From the human T2T-CHM13v2.0 reference genome, Homo sapiens, in the NCBI GenBank assembly GCA_009914755.4, contig CP068257.2, positions 1,632,001-1,696,000 of the forward strand: a stretch of DNA of 64,000 nt, read 5' to 3'. Shown here piece after piece: positions 61,601 to 64,000 of the stretch. The translations under genes were made by a program, and so were the position numbers. Under the pieces are notes generated by a model, which did not search any database, had not been told where the DNA came from, and saw only the letters and a program-made list of their open reading frames with translations. The number at the start of each line of letters is the position of its first letter. Positions within the stretch are counted from its first letter, which is position 1.

Positions 61601-63200
61601 ACTATAAATTATATACTGTACATAAAATATGAAATTACATCAAATATATATTAGGTACATAAAATATGAAAGTACATCAAATATAGATTATATACTGTAC
61701 ATAAAATTTCAATGTACCCCAAATATATATTTTATACTCTACATGAAATATCAAAGTTCACAAACCATATATTATATACTGTACATAAAATATCAAAGTA
61801 CCCAAGGTATATATTCTATACTATACAAAAAATATCAAAGTACCCAAAGCATGTATTATATACTGTACCTAAAATATGAATGTACATCAAATATATATTT
61901 TATTCTGTACATAAAATATCAAAGTACACCAGATATATATTCTATAGTGTACACAAAATATCAAAGTACCCAAACTATACATTATATACTGTACATAAAA
62001 TATGAAATTACATCAAATATATTTTATATTAGGTACATAAAATATGAAAGTACATCAAATATAGATTATATACTGTACATTAAATACCAAAGTACCCCAA
62101 ATATATATTTTATACTGTACATGAAATATCAAAGTTCACAAACTATATATTATATACTGTACATATAATATCAAAGTACCCAAGGTATATATTCTATACT
62201 GTACAAAAAACAACAAAGTACCAAAAGCATGTATAATATACTGTACATAAAATATGAAAGTACATCAAATATATATTTTATTCTGTACATAAAATATCAA
62301 AGTACACCAGATATATATTCTATAGTGTACATAAAATATCAAAGTACCCAAACTATACATTATATACTGTAAATAAAATATGAAATTACATCAAATATAT
62401 TTTATATTAGGTACATAAAATATGAAAGTACATCAAATATAGATTATATACTGTACATAATATATCAAAGTAACCCAAATATATATTATATACTCTACAT
62501 GAAATATCAAAGTTCACAAACAATATATTATATACTGTACATAAAATATCAAAGTACCCAAGGTATATATTCTATACTGCACAAAAAAATCAAAGTACCC
62601 AAAGCATGTATTATATACTGTATATAAAATATGAAAGTACATCAAATATATATTTTATTCTCTACATAATATATCAAAGTACACCAGATATATATTCTAT
62701 AGTGTACATAAAATAACAAAGTACACAAACTATAAATTATATACTGTACATAAAATATGAAATTACATCAAATATATATTAGGTACATAAAATATGAAAG
62801 TACATCAAATATAGATTATATACTGTACATAAAATATCAATGTACCCCAAATATATATTTTATACTCTACATGAAATATCAAAGTTCACAAACCATATAT
62901 TGTATACTGTACATAAAATATCAAAGTACCCAAGGTATGTATTCTATACTGTACAAAAAATATCAAAGTACCCAAAGCATGTATTATATACTGTACATAA
63001 AATATGAAAGTACATCAAATATATATTTTATTCTGTACATATAATATCAAAGTACACCATATATATATTCTATAGTGTACATAAAATATCAAAGTACCCA
63101 AACTATACATTATATACTGTACATAAAATATGAAATTACATCAAATATATATTAGGTACATAAAATATGAAAGTACATCAAATATAGATTATATACTGTA
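58700..63200. repeat. Downstream partner of the 33350-37830 block (dispersed intra-array segmental duplication)
   Basis: Same pseudo-ORF correspondences as for the 33350-37830 block. In addition 56383-57100 resembles 34030-34722 at offset 22365 (pseudo-ORF 56869 vs 34504). Confidence 0.8.
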
Positions 63201-64000
63201 CATAAAATATCAAAGTACCCCAAATATATATTATATACTCTACAGGAAATATCAAAGTTCACACACTATATATTATATACTGTACATAAAATATCAAAGT
63301 ACCCAAGGTATATATTCTATACTGTACAAAAAATATCAAAGTACCCAAAGCATGTATTATATACTGTATATAAAATATGAAAGTACATCAAATATATATT
63401 TTATTCTGTACATAATATATCAAAGTACACCAGATATATATTCTATAGTGTACATAAAATAACAAAGTACACAAACTATACATTATATACTGTACATAAA
63501 ATATGAAATTACATCAAATATATATTAGGTTCATAAAATATGAAAGTACATCAAATATAGATTATATACTGTACATAAAATATCAATGTACCCCAAATAT
63601 ATATTTTATACTTTACATGAAATATCAAAGTTCACAAACCATATATTGTATACTGTACATAAAATATCAAAGTACCCAAGGTATATGTTCTATACTGTAC
63701 AAAAAATATCAAAGTACCCAAAGCATGTATTATATACTGTACATAAAATATGAAAGTACATCAAATATATATTTTATTCTGTACATAAAATATCAAAGTA
63801 CACCAGATATATATTCTATAGTGTACATAAAATATCAAAGTACCCAAACTATACATTATATACTGTACATAAAATATGAAATTACATCAAATATATATTA
63901 TATTAGGTACATAAAATATGAAAGTACATCAAATATAGATTATATACTGTACATAAAATATCAAAGTACCCCAAATATATATTATATACTCTACATGAAA

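Larger units (their letters stand above)
1..64000. repeat. Continuous tandem satellite array with a 42-bp monomer (17-bp plus 25-bp GTAC-delimited sub-units); about 1,500 monomers and no unique sequence interruption
   Basis: Direct reading: ctgtacataaaat... recurs every 42 bp throughout. GTAC sites lie 17 and 25 bp apart. Every + strand pseudo-ORF shows a 14-aa (42 nt) periodic translation (YILYIKYQSTQGIY etc.). Family assignment to satellite I / HSat1A (SAR) is from recalled literature on a 42-bp alternating 17/25-bp RsaI satellite, not from a search. Confidence 0.9.

Noticed and set aside
163-63462. About 150 + strand ORFs of 61-380 aa in the supplied track, considered as possible tandemly repeated Tyr-rich protein genes
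   Set aside because: Every one translates to the same 14-aa periodic low-complexity string (YILYIKYQSTQGIY...) produced by an open frame of a 42-bp (14-codon) satellite monomer. Starts and stops are single point mutations at fixed HOR phases. There is no unique flanking sequence, no signal peptide or domain logic, and no upstream regulatory context that is not itself the repeat.
1-64000. CRISPR array (regularly spaced short repeats)
   Set aside because: There is no repeat-spacer alternation. Adjacent 42-bp units are all homologous to one another with no unique spacers, and no cas-like coding sequence or leader is present.
1-64000. TATA-box-like and AT-rich promoter-like motifs (tatatat, tataaaa) occurring every monomer
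   Set aside because: They are intrinsic to the satellite consensus and recur about 1,500 times. With no downstream genes they carry no regulatory meaning.
1-64000. Transposable element or composite transposon, suggested by kilobase-scale repeated blocks
   Set aside because: The repeated blocks consist entirely of satellite monomers, are in direct tandem or same orientation, and have no terminal inverted repeats, target-site duplications or transposase-like coding potential. Unequal crossing-over within the array explains them.
1-64000. 21-bp half-monomer sub-periodicity
   Set aside because: The two GTAC-containing halves share only a weak GTAC-N-AA-N-TAT skeleton of about 10/21 matches. The established 17+25 sub-unit description fits the sequence better than a 21-bp ancestral unit.

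Overview
The entire 64-kb window is one uninterrupted AT-rich tandem satellite array. I estimate roughly 20-25% GC by eye, with C in excess of G on the + strand. I see no single-copy sequence, no credible protein-coding gene, no rRNA/tRNA, no CRISPR repeat-spacer structure, no transposon boundary and no plausible operon or novel biological system, so I report none.

The basic monomer is 42 bp, for example ctgtacataaaatatcaaagtacccaaggtatatattctata. It carries two GTAC (RsaI) sites, which split the monomer into 17-bp and 25-bp sub-units, and one TGTACA palindrome. About 1,500 monomers are present. They are organised into a 9-monomer, 378-bp higher-order repeat (HOR) that occurs in at least two diverged subfamilies. 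The HORs are in turn organised into almost identical kilobase-scale super-repeats: 3642 bp x2, about 5754 bp x2, 3002 bp x2 plus a partial copy, and 2629 bp x3. A further 4.4-kb block is duplicated about 25.4 kb away.

The 17+25=42 bp GTAC architecture and AT-richness fit what is described for primate/human classical satellite I (HSat1A/SAR, pericentromeric). I recognise this from memory, not from a search.

Every ORF in the supplied track is an artefact of the repeat: 42 is divisible by 3, so one frame of the consensus monomer lacks stop codons and stays open across many monomers. The products are Tyr/Ile/Lys-rich 14-aa periodic pseudo-proteins, and ORF length is set by where point mutations such as TAC>TAG fall within the HOR.
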